A stretch of 64,000 bases of DNA from a virus. Taxonomy: Duplodnaviria > Caudoviricetes. The translations under genes were made by a program, and so were the position numbers. Numbering within the stretch: the stretch's first letter is position 1; each line of letters starts with the position of its first letter. The stretch lies in the IMG/VR virus record IMGVR_UViG_3300035208_002115; one strand, written 5' to 3'. Of the stretch, positions 48,399 to 58,676 are shown piece by piece. Below the pieces are notes generated by a model, which worked only from the letters and a program-made list of their open reading frames with translations, ran no database searches and was not told where the DNA came from.

Positions 48399-49141
48399 TA
48401 TATTTTATTTATTTCAGTGTACGGAGTCTTACTTCTTATTTCTGCTGCAATTTCTAATTGTAAATTAGTATTTACATGCATCTCATTTAAAATATTCATG
48501 TCATTATACACATACAACACTTTATCAATAAATAAAAGATGATTCTTACCAGCCATTTCAATTATAGGATACATATATGCAGCATCACCAGCCATCTTAT
48601 AATATTCTCCATTAAAATCCCTTAAATCATCTTTGTTTATTAAATCGAATAATTTCTTTTTAACTGTTCGAAGATGGGATGCATACCAAGCACCACTTCT
48701 TCTATATGTTTGTGTATCTGGTATCGGTTTACAAAATTTACCGTATGTTCCACTGAAAGGAATAAAATTTCCATATGTCATATAAATATTTTCATTTTGG
48801 TAAGAGTTATTCAGATATTCGAAAACTGAATTATCATACAAAAAATCGTCCCCATCGACAGTAACTAAAATATCTTCTTTATTAAAAGAAAAGAATTCAA
48901 TACCTTTTATAAAAGTTGCCAGAGGTGAACCGACTCTGATATGATTCTGACATACATTAAAAGAATTACCAAATTCAGCATGAACTTTATTAATTACTTC
49001 ATAGGTTTTATCAGTTGAACAATCATCTATTACAACCAATTCAAAATTTTTGTAAGTTTGATTTAGTATAGATTTTAAACATTTTTCAATGAATGGTTCA
49101 GCATTATAAACAGGTACTATTACAATAAATTTATTTTTCAT
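48398..49141 (-). CDS. GT2-family glycosyltransferase
   Basis: VPVYNAE, IDDCSTD, VDGDD. Confidence 0.88.
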   Translation of the reverse strand: MKNKFIVIVPVYNAEPFIEKCLKSILNQTYKNFELVVIDDCSTDKTYEVINKVHAEFGNSFNVCQNHIRVGSPLATFIKGIEFFSFNKEDILVTVDGDDFLYDNSVFEYLNNSYQNENIYMTYGNFIPFSGTYGKFCKPIPDTQTYRRSGAWYASHLRTVKKKLFDLINKDDLRDFNGEYYKMAGDAAYMYPIIEMAGKNHLLFIDKVLYVYNDMNILNEMHVNTNLQLEIAAEIRSKTPYTEINKI

Positions 49142-49142
49142 T

Positions 49143-49994
49143 TTATTTTAAAATATTTTTACACAACTTACAAAACGTTGTATTATAATCCACATAATTT
49201 TTTTCATTCAGAGTATTATTAAACATCTGTGACATTGGATGCCCACCAAACCAATGATACCCGATAGATTCTTTTGAAAATTTATTGATATCAACCCCAT
49301 ATTGATTATTATATTCTATCATCGTCCAGTCGAAATTGTAGACAGTTTCATTTTTTAAATTGAAAATATTTAATTCTGGATGTTTTTGTAGTATTTTATC
49401 TATGATGTATGGGTTCTGACGATTAGTTCCGTATATACTATAAATTAAATCAACACCAAATGATTGATAGTTATCATACTTTTCTATGTCTAAAGCATGG
49501 TCTAATATATCCTTATAAAAAGAATTACCACTTTCCGCACCCAAGAATCCGATAGTAATAAACCCTGTGTCTTGATGAATTAGTGTATCAGTATTATTTT
49601 CTATTAATTGTTTATAAAATTTATCAATTGGCCTAAAGAATAAAATGTCCATATCGGCATATATTCCACCATTAGAAAATAATTCATAATATCTGAATAT
49701 ATCACTCTCATGTACAGGTGATAAATCCTTAACCTTGTTTTTAACATCATCTGGTAAATTTATTTTTTGAACTTTTATGTTTAATTCTTCAACCTGTGAT
49801 AAATAGTTTACCCCTTTATAATTAGAGAAATCTTGTTCTTCTCTACCGTACCACTTATTCTTATTCTTATTGTCGGAAATATAAAGAGTTATGTCCCAAT
49901 CTGGGTTAAATTGTCTAAATGAAAACAGTGTCATATATCTCATCCAAGATAAATCAGAACCCGACCAATAAAAAAAAATTCTTTTAGGTATCAT
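49143..49994 (-). CDS. GT32-like (DXD sugar-binding) glycosyltransferase
   Basis: [25 protein letters not shown]. Confidence 0.8.
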   Translation of the reverse strand: MIPKRIFFYWSGSDLSWMRYMTLFSFRQFNPDWDITLYISDNKNKNKWYGREEQDFSNYKGVNYLSQVEELNIKVQKINLPDDVKNKVKDLSPVHESDIFRYYELFSNGGIYADMDILFFRPIDKFYKQLIENNTDTLIHQDTGFITIGFLGAESGNSFYKDILDHALDIEKYDNYQSFGVDLIYSIYGTNRQNPYIIDKILQKHPELNIFNLKNETVYNFDWTMIEYNNQYGVDINKFSKESIGYHWFGGHPMSQMFNNTLNEKNYVDYNTTFCKLCKNILK

Positions 49995-50791
49995 TATAAA
50001 TCCTGTATTTTAATTTTATTTTCTTTCAATGTATAGTTGATAAAAATATCTCGATTTTTATTGAATAAATTTATCTTAGAACTATAATTAGTATTACCAT
50101 GATATTGATGAATGACGAATGGTTCATCAACCATTTTTATATTCATTTTTTTTCTTTTTATTCGAACCAAAAATTCATTATCATCGAAAGCTATTCCATT
50201 TGCAAATCGTTCATCAAATCCACCCAAATCAAATAAATCTTTTTTAGTTATAGCTGAACAAAAATGCAACTGATGAGGTCTATACTTTGAATGATTATAC
50301 CACGCTGTTTCTCCGTCTCTATTTATACCTCTATTAATCATAGGTTCAATATAATATTTTATTTTAAGTATATTAAATTCATTTTTAGAAACATAACTAA
50401 TTTTAGAAGTTAGTTTTTCATCAACAGAATAACACCCGAAATTTAAATAAACATTATCTTTAATATTTTCAGTAATATTTTTTAATAGGTCACCCATGTG
50501 GACACATTCTGGATTCTGTATGATAACAACTTCACCAGTAACCAATTTAAATCCTTTATTAAATGGAAGACTTGGATTTGTCCACCATTTATCTTTTTTT
50601 TCTATCCTTAATAATTTTATATCTAAATCAAATTTATCGATAAAATCTTCAATCCTTTGGTCATCTGTTGATGCATCATCAACTACTATAAGTTCTAAAT
50701 CCTTCTTCAATGATGATTTTTCAATAGATTTTAATGTGTTGAAGAATAATTGTTTCCTATTATAATAAGCAGTAACTAATGATATTTTCAT
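49994..50791 (-). CDS. GT2/GT7C-type glycosyltransferase
   Basis: AYYNR, VVDDAS, QNPEC.H, GGFDERF...DDNE, HQYH; paralog of 54978-55790. Confidence 0.85.
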   Translation of the reverse strand: MKISLVTAYYNRKQLFFNTLKSIEKSSLKKDLELIVVDDASTDDQRIEDFIDKFDLDIKLLRIEKKDKWWTNPSLPFNKGFKLVTGEVVIIQNPECVHMGDLLKNITENIKDNVYLNFGCYSVDEKLTSKISYVSKNEFNILKIKYYIEPMINRGINRDGETAWYNHSKYRPHQLHFCSAITKKDLFDLGGFDERFANGIAFDDNEFLVRIKRKKMNIKMVDEPFVIHQYHGNTNYSSKINLFNKNRDIFINYTLKENKIKIQDL

Positions 50792-50846
50792 TATTGAACT
50801 TAAATTTTTATTATTTATTCACACAACCGAGTTCTGTGATAAAATA

Positions 50847-50872
50847 TATAGTTAATATGATAATTTTTGTTT
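50847..50872 (-). promoter_or_regulatory. AAAC-N18-TATA putative promoter
   Basis: Conserved spacing; upstream of 50791. Confidence 0.5.
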
Positions 50873-50891
50873 AATAATCGAATAAAATTTT

Positions 50892-51545
50892 TTATAGTTT
50901 TAAATTAAATTTATCAATATCATAATTAGCTGGTATACCAATCATTTTAACTTTTACATTATCCTCGTGGACGTTCAGCAACACTTTTAAATCGTCAATA
51001 ACCACACCACTATAAACTTCACCAAGTTTTGAGTGATTATATTTATATGGTATACAAATGAAATCCTCTTTTTTCTCCATAACAGAAATAAATCCACTGG
51101 TTTTAGAAACATTCCAAATTCTTTTTTCATTAGTCAGTAAATTAAATATATTCATTTTTTTAATATCATAATAATATGGTGCTTCTTCTATAATATTTTT
51201 TTGAAGTATATCAACAAAATCATCACTTAAACAATTATCACTATCTATTCTTGTAACTAAAACATAATCTTCATCGATTAATTTATATAATTCAGGTACA
51301 ATATCATTGAAAATATTTTCTAATCCAACTTCTTCAGTCTTTATAGTATATTCATTTTCAATCATACCTTCGGGTTCATAACCCCAGAGAGTTACAAATT
51401 TAAAATTCTTATTTGTTTGAGCCTGAATTGATGCTCTTAATGTATTATTAAGAATGGTTTTACGGTTATTTAACCATTTTTCATCTTTAGAATGTTCAGT
51501 CCATCGGATATTTATTCTGCTTACTATTAAATGTGTAAAATTCAT
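50892..51545 (-). CDS. Putative rhamnosyltransferase-like (DUF3118-type) GT-A protein
   Basis: SR.N...W...R...SIQAQTNKNF...TRIDSD...H..N. Confidence 0.65.
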   Translation of the reverse strand: MNFTHLIVSRINIRWTEHSKDEKWLNNRKTILNNTLRASIQAQTNKNFKFVTLWGYEPEGMIENEYTIKTEEVGLENIFNDIVPELYKLIDEDYVLVTRIDSDNCLSDDFVDILQKNIIEEAPYYYDIKKMNIFNLLTNEKRIWNVSKTSGFISVMEKKEDFICIPYKYNHSKLGEVYSGVVIDDLKVLLNVHEDNVKVKMIGIPANYDIDKFNLKL

Positions 51546-51561
51546 ATTAAAAAATTCTTTT

Positions 51562-53220
51562 TTAAAATTCGATATATGAGTTTGTTTCTATATCAATTTT
51601 TATATTTTCATTTGTATTATAAACTCTAATTTGAGATTTATAATTGTTTCTTAATTCACTATTAAAATTGGTTTCTTTTCTTTTTGTTAGACTATTATTA
51701 TGAATTCTTCTATAAAATAAATAAGTTCCAGTTTCTTTTATTCTAACAAAATTCTGTATTCTTTTTAAGAGTTCTGTATCGGCTGCACACTTCCAACCTT
51801 TATATCCACCAGCTATATTAAATACTTTTTTTCTATAAAAAACCACACCATCTGGATATTTCAATTTATCAACATTACTAATCTTTTCATTAATATTCGT
51901 TGTGAAATTGTAACATGAGAATCTTAACAAATCACAATCATTAGATTTTTCGACAATCTCTTTTATCATATTCGGCATCATAACATCATCACTATCAAAT
52001 CGAATAATATTATCAAATTTTGCCATACGTATTAAAGTATTTGAAGTAATATATGTACCCATATTACTATTCATCATAAATATTCTCAAATTTCTATAAT
52101 ATGGCCTAATATCTATTAATTTTTTCAAAGTTGCATGACAATCATCAAACCCAACTAAAATTTCATAATTATTATGGTCATTAAAATATGTTTGGTTTTC
52201 AATAGAATCCAAACATTCTTCAATATAATCTTGTGTTTGGTATGCTGTTATAATAATTGATAATGGTTTTTTAGAATTTATATTGAAAAAATTATTGAAA
52301 ATCTTTTTTGATTTAGTTAAAAAATTTTCTTCTTTTACTAATATATCATCTTTATAATTTATATTTTCTTCAACATTTTCTTCAACATTTTTAACTACAT
52401 TATTTATTTCAACTCTATAATTATTTTCAGTTGTGTCTTTTATAATTCCTTCACCAAATGTATTTGTAGAATTTATTTTATCTATTAACTTTTCTTTTGT
52501 AAATTGTCGATAGTTGTTAGCCATCATTCTATTTGTTTTAACGTGGTCATAATAATCTGGAGATGATAGTGGGTGATATAAATGAATGCAATATTGGTTA
52601 TCCATTCTTATTGTGTTATATCCCAGTATTTTTATTTTACTATCTAAAATATCATCTTCATGTCCATACCCAAAACATTCCTCATCATAGCCTTTAATTT
52701 CAATAAATTTGTCACGTTTCATTAAAAATACACCACCAGTTACAACATATGATTGAACTTCTTTTTCAATATTATCACTCAACCGTTCGAAACCTTCTTC
52801 TATCATTCTGTCGGTTTCCATTTCATCATAATAATAAATCTTTTTATATGGGTCAATTACATCAAAATCTTTAACGTTTAATGCGTTTAAAAAGAAATCT
52901 TTTGGTAAGATGATGTCAGCATCACAAAAAACCAAAACTTCATATTTAGCATTTAAAGCTCCGATATTATAACCAAGTCCTTTATTGAAAACTCCATCAT
53001 TATAAAGAAATAATTTCTTTATATTTTTATTTTTTTTAATTTTAACACGTTCCTCTATATCTTGTTCTATTAATATTATTTCAAATTTTTCAAAACCAAA
53101 ATTTAAAACATAATCAATAACTGCTTCTAAGTCTTTTTTTCTATATCCATCATTTTCTCTATATGATATTATATAAGAAAATCCTACTTCATTAGATATT
53201 TTAGTTAATTTTTTATCCAT
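51562..53220 (-). CDS. Bifunctional glycosyltransferase (GT2/GT7C domain + GT2 domain)
   Basis: FNKG..YN.G, FCDAD, GYDE...GYGHEDD, HLYH; second domain ITAYQT, FDSDD. Confidence 0.82.
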   Translation of the reverse strand: MDKKLTKISNEVGFSYIISYRENDGYRKKDLEAVIDYVLNFGFEKFEIILIEQDIEERVKIKKNKNIKKLFLYNDGVFNKGLGYNIGALNAKYEVLVFCDADIILPKDFFLNALNVKDFDVIDPYKKIYYYDEMETDRMIEEGFERLSDNIEKEVQSYVVTGGVFLMKRDKFIEIKGYDEECFGYGHEDDILDSKIKILGYNTIRMDNQYCIHLYHPLSSPDYYDHVKTNRMMANNYRQFTKEKLIDKINSTNTFGEGIIKDTTENNYRVEINNVVKNVEENVEENINYKDDILVKEENFLTKSKKIFNNFFNINSKKPLSIIITAYQTQDYIEECLDSIENQTYFNDHNNYEILVGFDDCHATLKKLIDIRPYYRNLRIFMMNSNMGTYITSNTLIRMAKFDNIIRFDSDDVMMPNMIKEIVEKSNDCDLLRFSCYNFTTNINEKISNVDKLKYPDGVVFYRKKVFNIAGGYKGWKCAADTELLKRIQNFVRIKETGTYLFYRRIHNNSLTKRKETNFNSELRNNYKSQIRVYNTNENIKIDIETNSYIEF

Positions 53221-53693
53221 TATTTAACATATATTTTATTTTCTAAGTCGTCAAATAATATTTTAACCAATATGTCTTCACGACCTTCTCTATTATAAAT
53301 TTGATATACACTCTTACCACGTTCGAAGTTATTATCAACTAATTTTCTTAAAATTAACTCAACTATATCTTTTCGTGTTGATAAAATAAAACCATCTTTT
53401 TGTTCAAAGGCAAAATAATCTGCTTTGCCATATAACCACCCAGAATAACCTTTAATACCTTTTAATTCAATCCATGTTATTTCAAATGAAGGTTTAGCAT
53501 CATTTCTATCATCTTTCTTGGCAGCTTTTACCTCAATTTTTTTAATATCACCATCTTTTTCGACAGTATAATCGAAATGATTATATTTATCATCTTTATA
53601 ATCAGTCTTATTTACCGTAAAACCATTATTTTTAAATAATTGTACAAATTTTTCTTCTGCTAATTCACCAGCTCGTTTTTCTGCTTCAAACAT
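53220..53693 (-). CDS. PD-(D/E)xK nuclease-like phage protein
   Basis: AE..F...HFDY...IEVK...WIE...GWLYGKAD..AFE. Confidence 0.65.
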   Translation of the reverse strand: MFEAEKRAGELAEEKFVQLFKNNGFTVNKTDYKDDKYNHFDYTVEKDGDIKKIEVKAAKKDDRNDAKPSFEITWIELKGIKGYSGWLYGKADYFAFEQKDGFILSTRKDIVELILRKLVDNNFERGKSVYQIYNREGREDILVKILFDDLENKIYVK

Positions 53694-54304
53694 TTTTGTT
53701 TTTGTTTATATTTATCTTCTGCAATTTTAATGAGGTCATCATGTATAATTTCATGTTTTAAAGTTTTTATATCTTCAATTGGAACTAATACAATAACATC
53801 TATTCTACCACGTCTTCGATACCATTTATATATTCTTTCTAAAGCTGTTTTATTTTTAATTATATCATATTCACTGTCACTAAAACCATAAAAATCATTT
53901 ATATCCACATCATTATCTTTAATCATATCTTCTACAAGTTTTTTAACATCAGCTCTACCAACCATTAAAAAACCATCTATTATTTCAAATGCAATCTTAT
54001 CAGATTTTCCATTAATCCAGCCTATATTACCATTCACATTATAAAATTCAATCCATGTATAATCAAATGATATCCCACCCTTTCTTGTTATACCTTTTAT
54101 CGATTTTACTTCAATTTTTTCAATTCTTTTACTTCCATTTATTAGTTGCCCAATTCTAAAATCAAAATGGTCTTCTATATCTTCCTTAATAGATGATTTA
54201 TTTATTTTTAAGTCGGTTTTAAACAACTTAAACAACCTAAAAAATCTCTTTTGTACAATAAATCCATTTTTTTTAGATTTTGGATATTTTTTAAATGTAT
54301 TCAT
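53660..54304 (-). CDS. PD-(D/E)xK nuclease-like phage protein (paralog of 53220-53693)
   Basis: HFDF...IEVK...WIEF...GWINGKSD.IAFE...RRGR.D. Confidence 0.65.
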   Translation of the reverse strand: MNTFKKYPKSKKNGFIVQKRFFRLFKLFKTDLKINKSSIKEDIEDHFDFRIGQLINGSKRIEKIEVKSIKGITRKGGISFDYTWIEFYNVNGNIGWINGKSDKIAFEIIDGFLMVGRADVKKLVEDMIKDNDVDINDFYGFSDSEYDIIKNKTALERIYKWYRRRGRIDVIVLVPIEDIKTLKHEIIHDDLIKIAEDKYKQKQKCLKQKNELVN

Positions 54305-54981
54305 AATAATCTTTTTTGATAACCTAAGAATTCTTCCAATTCCCAGTTAATGTTTTCATTTATAAATTTCAATGATTCATCATCAATTTGTTTTTCAAAT
54401 TTTGGAATAGAACTATAAGAGGTTCTTCTATTAGTTTTGTATATTAAATATTCTTCTGATATAGTGTTCATCACCTCAATTAAATCTGAACATATATCTT
54501 CATATCTAATATATTTAATATTGGGAACAATGTTTTTTAAATTAATAAAATATTGATTCTTTAAATTTCTCAATTCAATTACATTGGATATGTTTAATAA
54601 TGTATGAGGATTCCTTTCAAAAAACATTTCTTTTTTTTGATATAATCCGTTTTCTTTATTTAAGATTTTATCATGCATACTTACCCAAGGCAATTTAATA
54701 AATTCATTTAAAGATTTATTCATTAATGAAATGTGAGCATGATGTGGGTTTTCTTGCATAGACTTAACCCAGTCATACGGATTCCTACTTAATACAATAA
54801 AAAGATATTCATTTAAATTAGCTGTATCAATACTATAAATGTTCGGGAAAAAATGTTTCCAACCTAATGTAAACACATACTGATTAATGACTAAATATTG
54901 TTTAATCGATTCTTCGAACCATTTTGAACCAGTGTGTCGCTCGGCATAAAGTTGAATATATTTTATTTTTTGCTTATTCAT
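54301..54981 (-). CDS. Sulfotransferase-like protein
   Basis: ERHTGSKW (5'-PSB-like), GWKH, RNPYDWVKS (3'-PB-like), IRYED. Confidence 0.7.
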   Translation of the reverse strand: MNKQKIKYIQLYAERHTGSKWFEESIKQYLVINQYVFTLGWKHFFPNIYSIDTANLNEYLFIVLSRNPYDWVKSMQENPHHAHISLMNKSLNEFIKLPWVSMHDKILNKENGLYQKKEMFFERNPHTLLNISNVIELRNLKNQYFINLKNIVPNIKYIRYEDICSDLIEVMNTISEEYLIYKTNRRTSYSSIPKFEKQIDDESLKFINENINWELEEFLGYQKRLL

Positions 54982-55790
54982 GTTTTAAAGTAAAAATTAT
55001 TATAGACTTTATAATCTGACACACCTCTGTCAAAAATAGCTTGATTTTTATAAAATAACTCTAAAGTGTGTTTTTTTTCATCTTCGGGTGTTAATGCATT
55101 AAAATGATAAACACTATCGTGCCACTGGTGAATAACATATGGTGAATTTATAATTATTATATTTAAATCCAATAATCTGATTCTTCTTAATATTTCATTA
55201 TCATCGAACGCAACCCCATCTTTATATTCTTCATCAAATCCACCAATTTTATATAAATTATTGGTAGTTATTGCAGCAGCAAAGTGATACCCTTTTGGAT
55301 TTATTACAGAATGATTATACCAACCATTAGAACATGCATGTGGTGGCTGACAATTATTATACACTAATTTGTTATAATTATTAACATTATATTCTTTTTC
55401 TCCAATAGAATAACATGCATATGGTATATAATTTTCATCAGTTAAATTTATATCAACATCGGATAATACATCACCCATGTGATAACATTCTGGATTCTGG
55501 AAAAGAATTTTATTATATTGCACATGATTAAATCCTATATTATATGGGACACATGAACAAGTCCATTTCTTCTGTTCTTTTTTAATATTAAAAATACGAA
55601 ACTTCAGTTTATTAAATAAAGATGGTAAATCGTCTATTGAATGTTGTTCTAAACTATTATCATTAATGATAACAATTTCTAATTTCGACCTATCATATTT
55701 AGTTTCGTTAATAGAATTTAAAGTTCTAATTAATTGCTCTCTCCTGTTATGATATGCCATAACTATTGATATACCATCAATATTTTTCAT
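54978..55790 (-). CDS. GT2/GT7C-type glycosyltransferase
   Basis: AYHNR, QNPECYH, GGFDE...DDNE, HQWH. Confidence 0.85.
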   Translation of the reverse strand: MKNIDGISIVMAYHNRREQLIRTLNSINETKYDRSKLEIVIINDNSLEQHSIDDLPSLFNKLKFRIFNIKKEQKKWTCSCVPYNIGFNHVQYNKILFQNPECYHMGDVLSDVDINLTDENYIPYACYSIGEKEYNVNNYNKLVYNNCQPPHACSNGWYNHSVINPKGYHFAAAITTNNLYKIGGFDEEYKDGVAFDDNEILRRIRLLDLNIIIINSPYVIHQWHDSVYHFNALTPEDEKKHTLELFYKNQAIFDRGVSDYKVYNNFYFKT

Positions 55791-55792
55791 TT

Positions 55793-56917
55793 CTAATATT
55801 TTTTTATTAGTGTTTTTAACAAATTATTATATATGCTTATATTTATTTCATTATCAGCATCATAAGAGAAAATTGTTTTTTTATTTCTTTCATTATATTC
55901 TTCCAGATTCTTGTCGTGATTTTCCAAAATCCATATTAATTTATCAGTAGCATTTTTACCATTAAACCCCTCATAATAATATCCAACATTTTTACACATG
56001 TGGGCGTTATGTAATATAGCGTGTCCAAGGTAAGCCACATCCAAATAAAAATAATTCAAAGGATTATCCCATTGGTGACTGACGACTATATCAGCATAAT
56101 CGGCTAAAAATTCAACGGTTGAAAATCTATCCTCGAATGTTGCCTTATGGTCTTTAACAATACTTAAATGATTCATGTATTCCACAAAAACTTTATGTTT
56201 TCGAATATTAAATGTATTAGTAACAAATAATTTCTCTATTAATTCTGGTCTTTGTTCATATACATCATCAACAATCAAAATCGGATACATAGCATACTTC
56301 AAAACATCTTGATTAGGTTCAAGTATTGCTATGGATTTAGGTGTGTTTTTTGGTGTGTAACGAGGGTTATTTTTTAATGATGATGCTAATTCATCAATTA
56401 AAAAAGAATCCCATATAAACGGAACAGATTTTACATTTTTATTTTTATGAAATCTATTGAAATAATATTTATTTTGTTCAAAAACCTGTGGTACACACCA
56501 TATTTCATCGTAATCTGGATTACACCATATTATAGAACTTCCAACATCTTGATTAAATAAAACATTTTCCATTCTAATAACATATTCATTACCACATTTG
56601 TACGAAACTATTTTTGTTTTTCTTTTCTTTAAGTATGTAGTCATAGATTGGTCAATCTGTCCACCGAGAGATATTAATATATCAATATCATCTTTTACAT
56701 CCGAAATATGATGTACTGGAAATTCTTTTGTATCAAATGCGAATTGAGTAAATTCTTTACTTGTTGTATTAGCGAAAAATACGTTATATTTCCCAATGTT
56801 TTTAAGAAGTTTAGCTAAATATAAACCATTTAGTTTGATGCCATTTATCCATAAACCTTCATTATTACTTCTAACACCTAATGTGATAGCAATATTCTTC
56901 ATTGTTGCAGTTGCCAT
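55793..56917 (-). CDS. DUF2827-family protein (putative GT-B glycosyltransferase)
   Basis: W.NGI, YKCGNEY, DEIW.VPQ, PFIW, EPN, DIVVSHQWDNPLNY, HN...GYYY. Confidence 0.75.
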   Translation of the reverse strand: MATATMKNIAITLGVRSNNEGLWINGIKLNGLYLAKLLKNIGKYNVFFANTTSKEFTQFAFDTKEFPVHHISDVKDDIDILISLGGQIDQSMTTYLKKRKTKIVSYKCGNEYVIRMENVLFNQDVGSSIIWCNPDYDEIWCVPQVFEQNKYYFNRFHKNKNVKSVPFIWDSFLIDELASSLKNNPRYTPKNTPKSIAILEPNQDVLKYAMYPILIVDDVYEQRPELIEKLFVTNTFNIRKHKVFVEYMNHLSIVKDHKATFEDRFSTVEFLADYADIVVSHQWDNPLNYFYLDVAYLGHAILHNAHMCKNVGYYYEGFNGKNATDKLIWILENHDKNLEEYNERNKKTIFSYDADNEINISIYNNLLKTLIKKY

Positions 56918-56930
56918 TCAAATAATATTT

Positions 56931-58562
56931 TTATTTTTTAAAATAAACACCAATAGTATTATTGCTCCAATTTTTTTGTAAATTCGGATACCTTCTAACC
57001 ATTATTTCTTCTGTTAAATCATCTTGAATGTGGTCTTCGTTTTTATTTTCGAGACCGAATTGTTTCATAAGAAATGGTACACTAATTATTAGTTGTTTAC
57101 ATTTATCATATAATTTGTTTATGAGATTTTGTGCATCTTCAATAGTCAAATGTTCTAAAATATCACCCATTATGATTATATCATAATAATCGAAATTAAA
57201 ATCTATTATATTTGTTGTATAAACTTTTCTATATTTTGTTTTTAATTTATATTTTTTTATGTATGGTTCATAAATTTCAACAGCATCGATATTTTCATAT
57301 TCACTAAGAATATTAGAATACGTCCCACAACCAGCACCAACATCTAATATGGTAACACCAGTGTTAAAATTACTTAATATATAATCCTTTATTTCTGACT
57401 TAAAAGCACCAAAACTTGTAGGAACAAAATTCGATGCTATGGATTTAGTATTAACCAGATTACATATTAGTTCATCATATTTTTTTATAACATCAATATT
57501 ATCGGTAGAATATCTATCTAATACTTTTTGATTTTTTTCATCATATTCTTCAAGATGATTATCGTGTTCGGTTAAAGCATATAATAATTGTTTTTTTCCT
57601 TCTGTCACATTAAACCCTTCATAGTAATATCCACAATCTTTACATAAATGAGCATTATGTACTAATGGATAACCTAAATATATAGCATCCAGATAGGCAT
57701 AATTTAAAGCATTTTCCCATTGATGAGATACCACTACATCAGTATGTTCAGTTAAAAACCATGTAATTGGGAATCTATTTTCAAATGTGGTCTTTTTATC
57801 TTGAACTATTGTCAAATGATTCATAATAGAAGTTAATTCTTTAGTCAATCTAACTTTTTGGGTGTTTGTTACTTTAACACTATGAAATAGTTCTGGGTGT
57901 TCCCTATATGCATCTTCTATAATTAACATCGGATACATTAAAAATTTATAAACATTTATATTGGGTTCGAATATTGAAATTTTTTTACTTAGTTTACTCG
58001 GTATGTAATAAGGATTTTTTCCCTGTTTTTTTAATTCATCTATATGGCTATTTAAAAATAAAGGATTCCACACAAAAGGTATAGTGATTGTCTCAGCATT
58101 GTGTAAAACTCTCCAGTAATGATGGTTTGTATTTTCCATTTGAGGTATATTCCATATTTGGTCTACCTCTGGGTAATCTTTTACAATATCTTGGCGATTA
58201 AATATGATATTTTCCATACTAATCACATATTCGTTACCACATTTATATGGAACTACTTTACATCCTCTATTTCTTAAATATTCTGTTGTTGGTTTATCGA
58301 TTGAACCACCTAAAGGAAATATAATATCTAATTTATCTTTTATATCATTAAATTGGACTGTTTTATATTCTATCAAATCCCACCCCAATATATTTGTAAT
58401 ATTAATATTACTCGTGTTGACAAGATATACGTTATAATTTTGAGTAGAATTTTGAAACGTTTTTGCCAAAAAAATCGCATTCTGTAATATACCATTAGTC
58501 CATACACTTTGATTTTCTTCATGTAAAAAAATTGTTATCCCAATATTTAATTTTGAATTCAT
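56931..58562 (-). CDS. DUF2827-family protein fused to a class I SAM methyltransferase domain
   Basis: DUF2827 motifs (WTNGI, EPNINVYK, SHQWENALNY) then ILDVGAGCG...GDILEHL. Confidence 0.78.
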   Translation of the reverse strand: MNSKLNIGITIFLHEENQSVWTNGILQNAIFLAKTFQNSTQNYNVYLVNTSNINITNILGWDLIEYKTVQFNDIKDKLDIIFPLGGSIDKPTTEYLRNRGCKVVPYKCGNEYVISMENIIFNRQDIVKDYPEVDQIWNIPQMENTNHHYWRVLHNAETITIPFVWNPLFLNSHIDELKKQGKNPYYIPSKLSKKISIFEPNINVYKFLMYPMLIIEDAYREHPELFHSVKVTNTQKVRLTKELTSIMNHLTIVQDKKTTFENRFPITWFLTEHTDVVVSHQWENALNYAYLDAIYLGYPLVHNAHLCKDCGYYYEGFNVTEGKKQLLYALTEHDNHLEEYDEKNQKVLDRYSTDNIDVIKKYDELICNLVNTKSIASNFVPTSFGAFKSEIKDYILSNFNTGVTILDVGAGCGTYSNILSEYENIDAVEIYEPYIKKYKLKTKYRKVYTTNIIDFNFDYYDIIIMGDILEHLTIEDAQNLINKLYDKCKQLIISVPFLMKQFGLENKNEDHIQDDLTEEIMVRRYPNLQKNWSNNTIGVYFKK

Positions 58563-58625
58563 AAATAAAAAACTATATTTTTAGATATATATCAAAATGA
58601 ATTGGGTTTCTTCTAATATTTAAAC

Positions 58626-58659
58626 AAAAAAAGAGTGTCCTTTCGAACACTCTTTTTTT
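58626..58659 (-). terminator. Intrinsic terminator after fibre gene 58677-60617
   Basis: Minus strand GAGTGTTC-GAAA-GGACACTC followed by T7. Confidence 0.8.
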
Positions 58660-58676
58660 ATTGACCTAACTTAATA

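Noticed and set aside
34733-58562. Bacterial chromosomal O-antigen/capsule locus, or a eukaryotic giant-virus origin
   Set aside because: No wzx/wzy/wza/priming transferase and no housekeeping genes; S74 fibre, CTS-like peptides, intrinsic terminators, overlapping operonic genes and a lipoprotein point to a bacteriophage. Capsid and terminase genes are not in the window, so this remains inference
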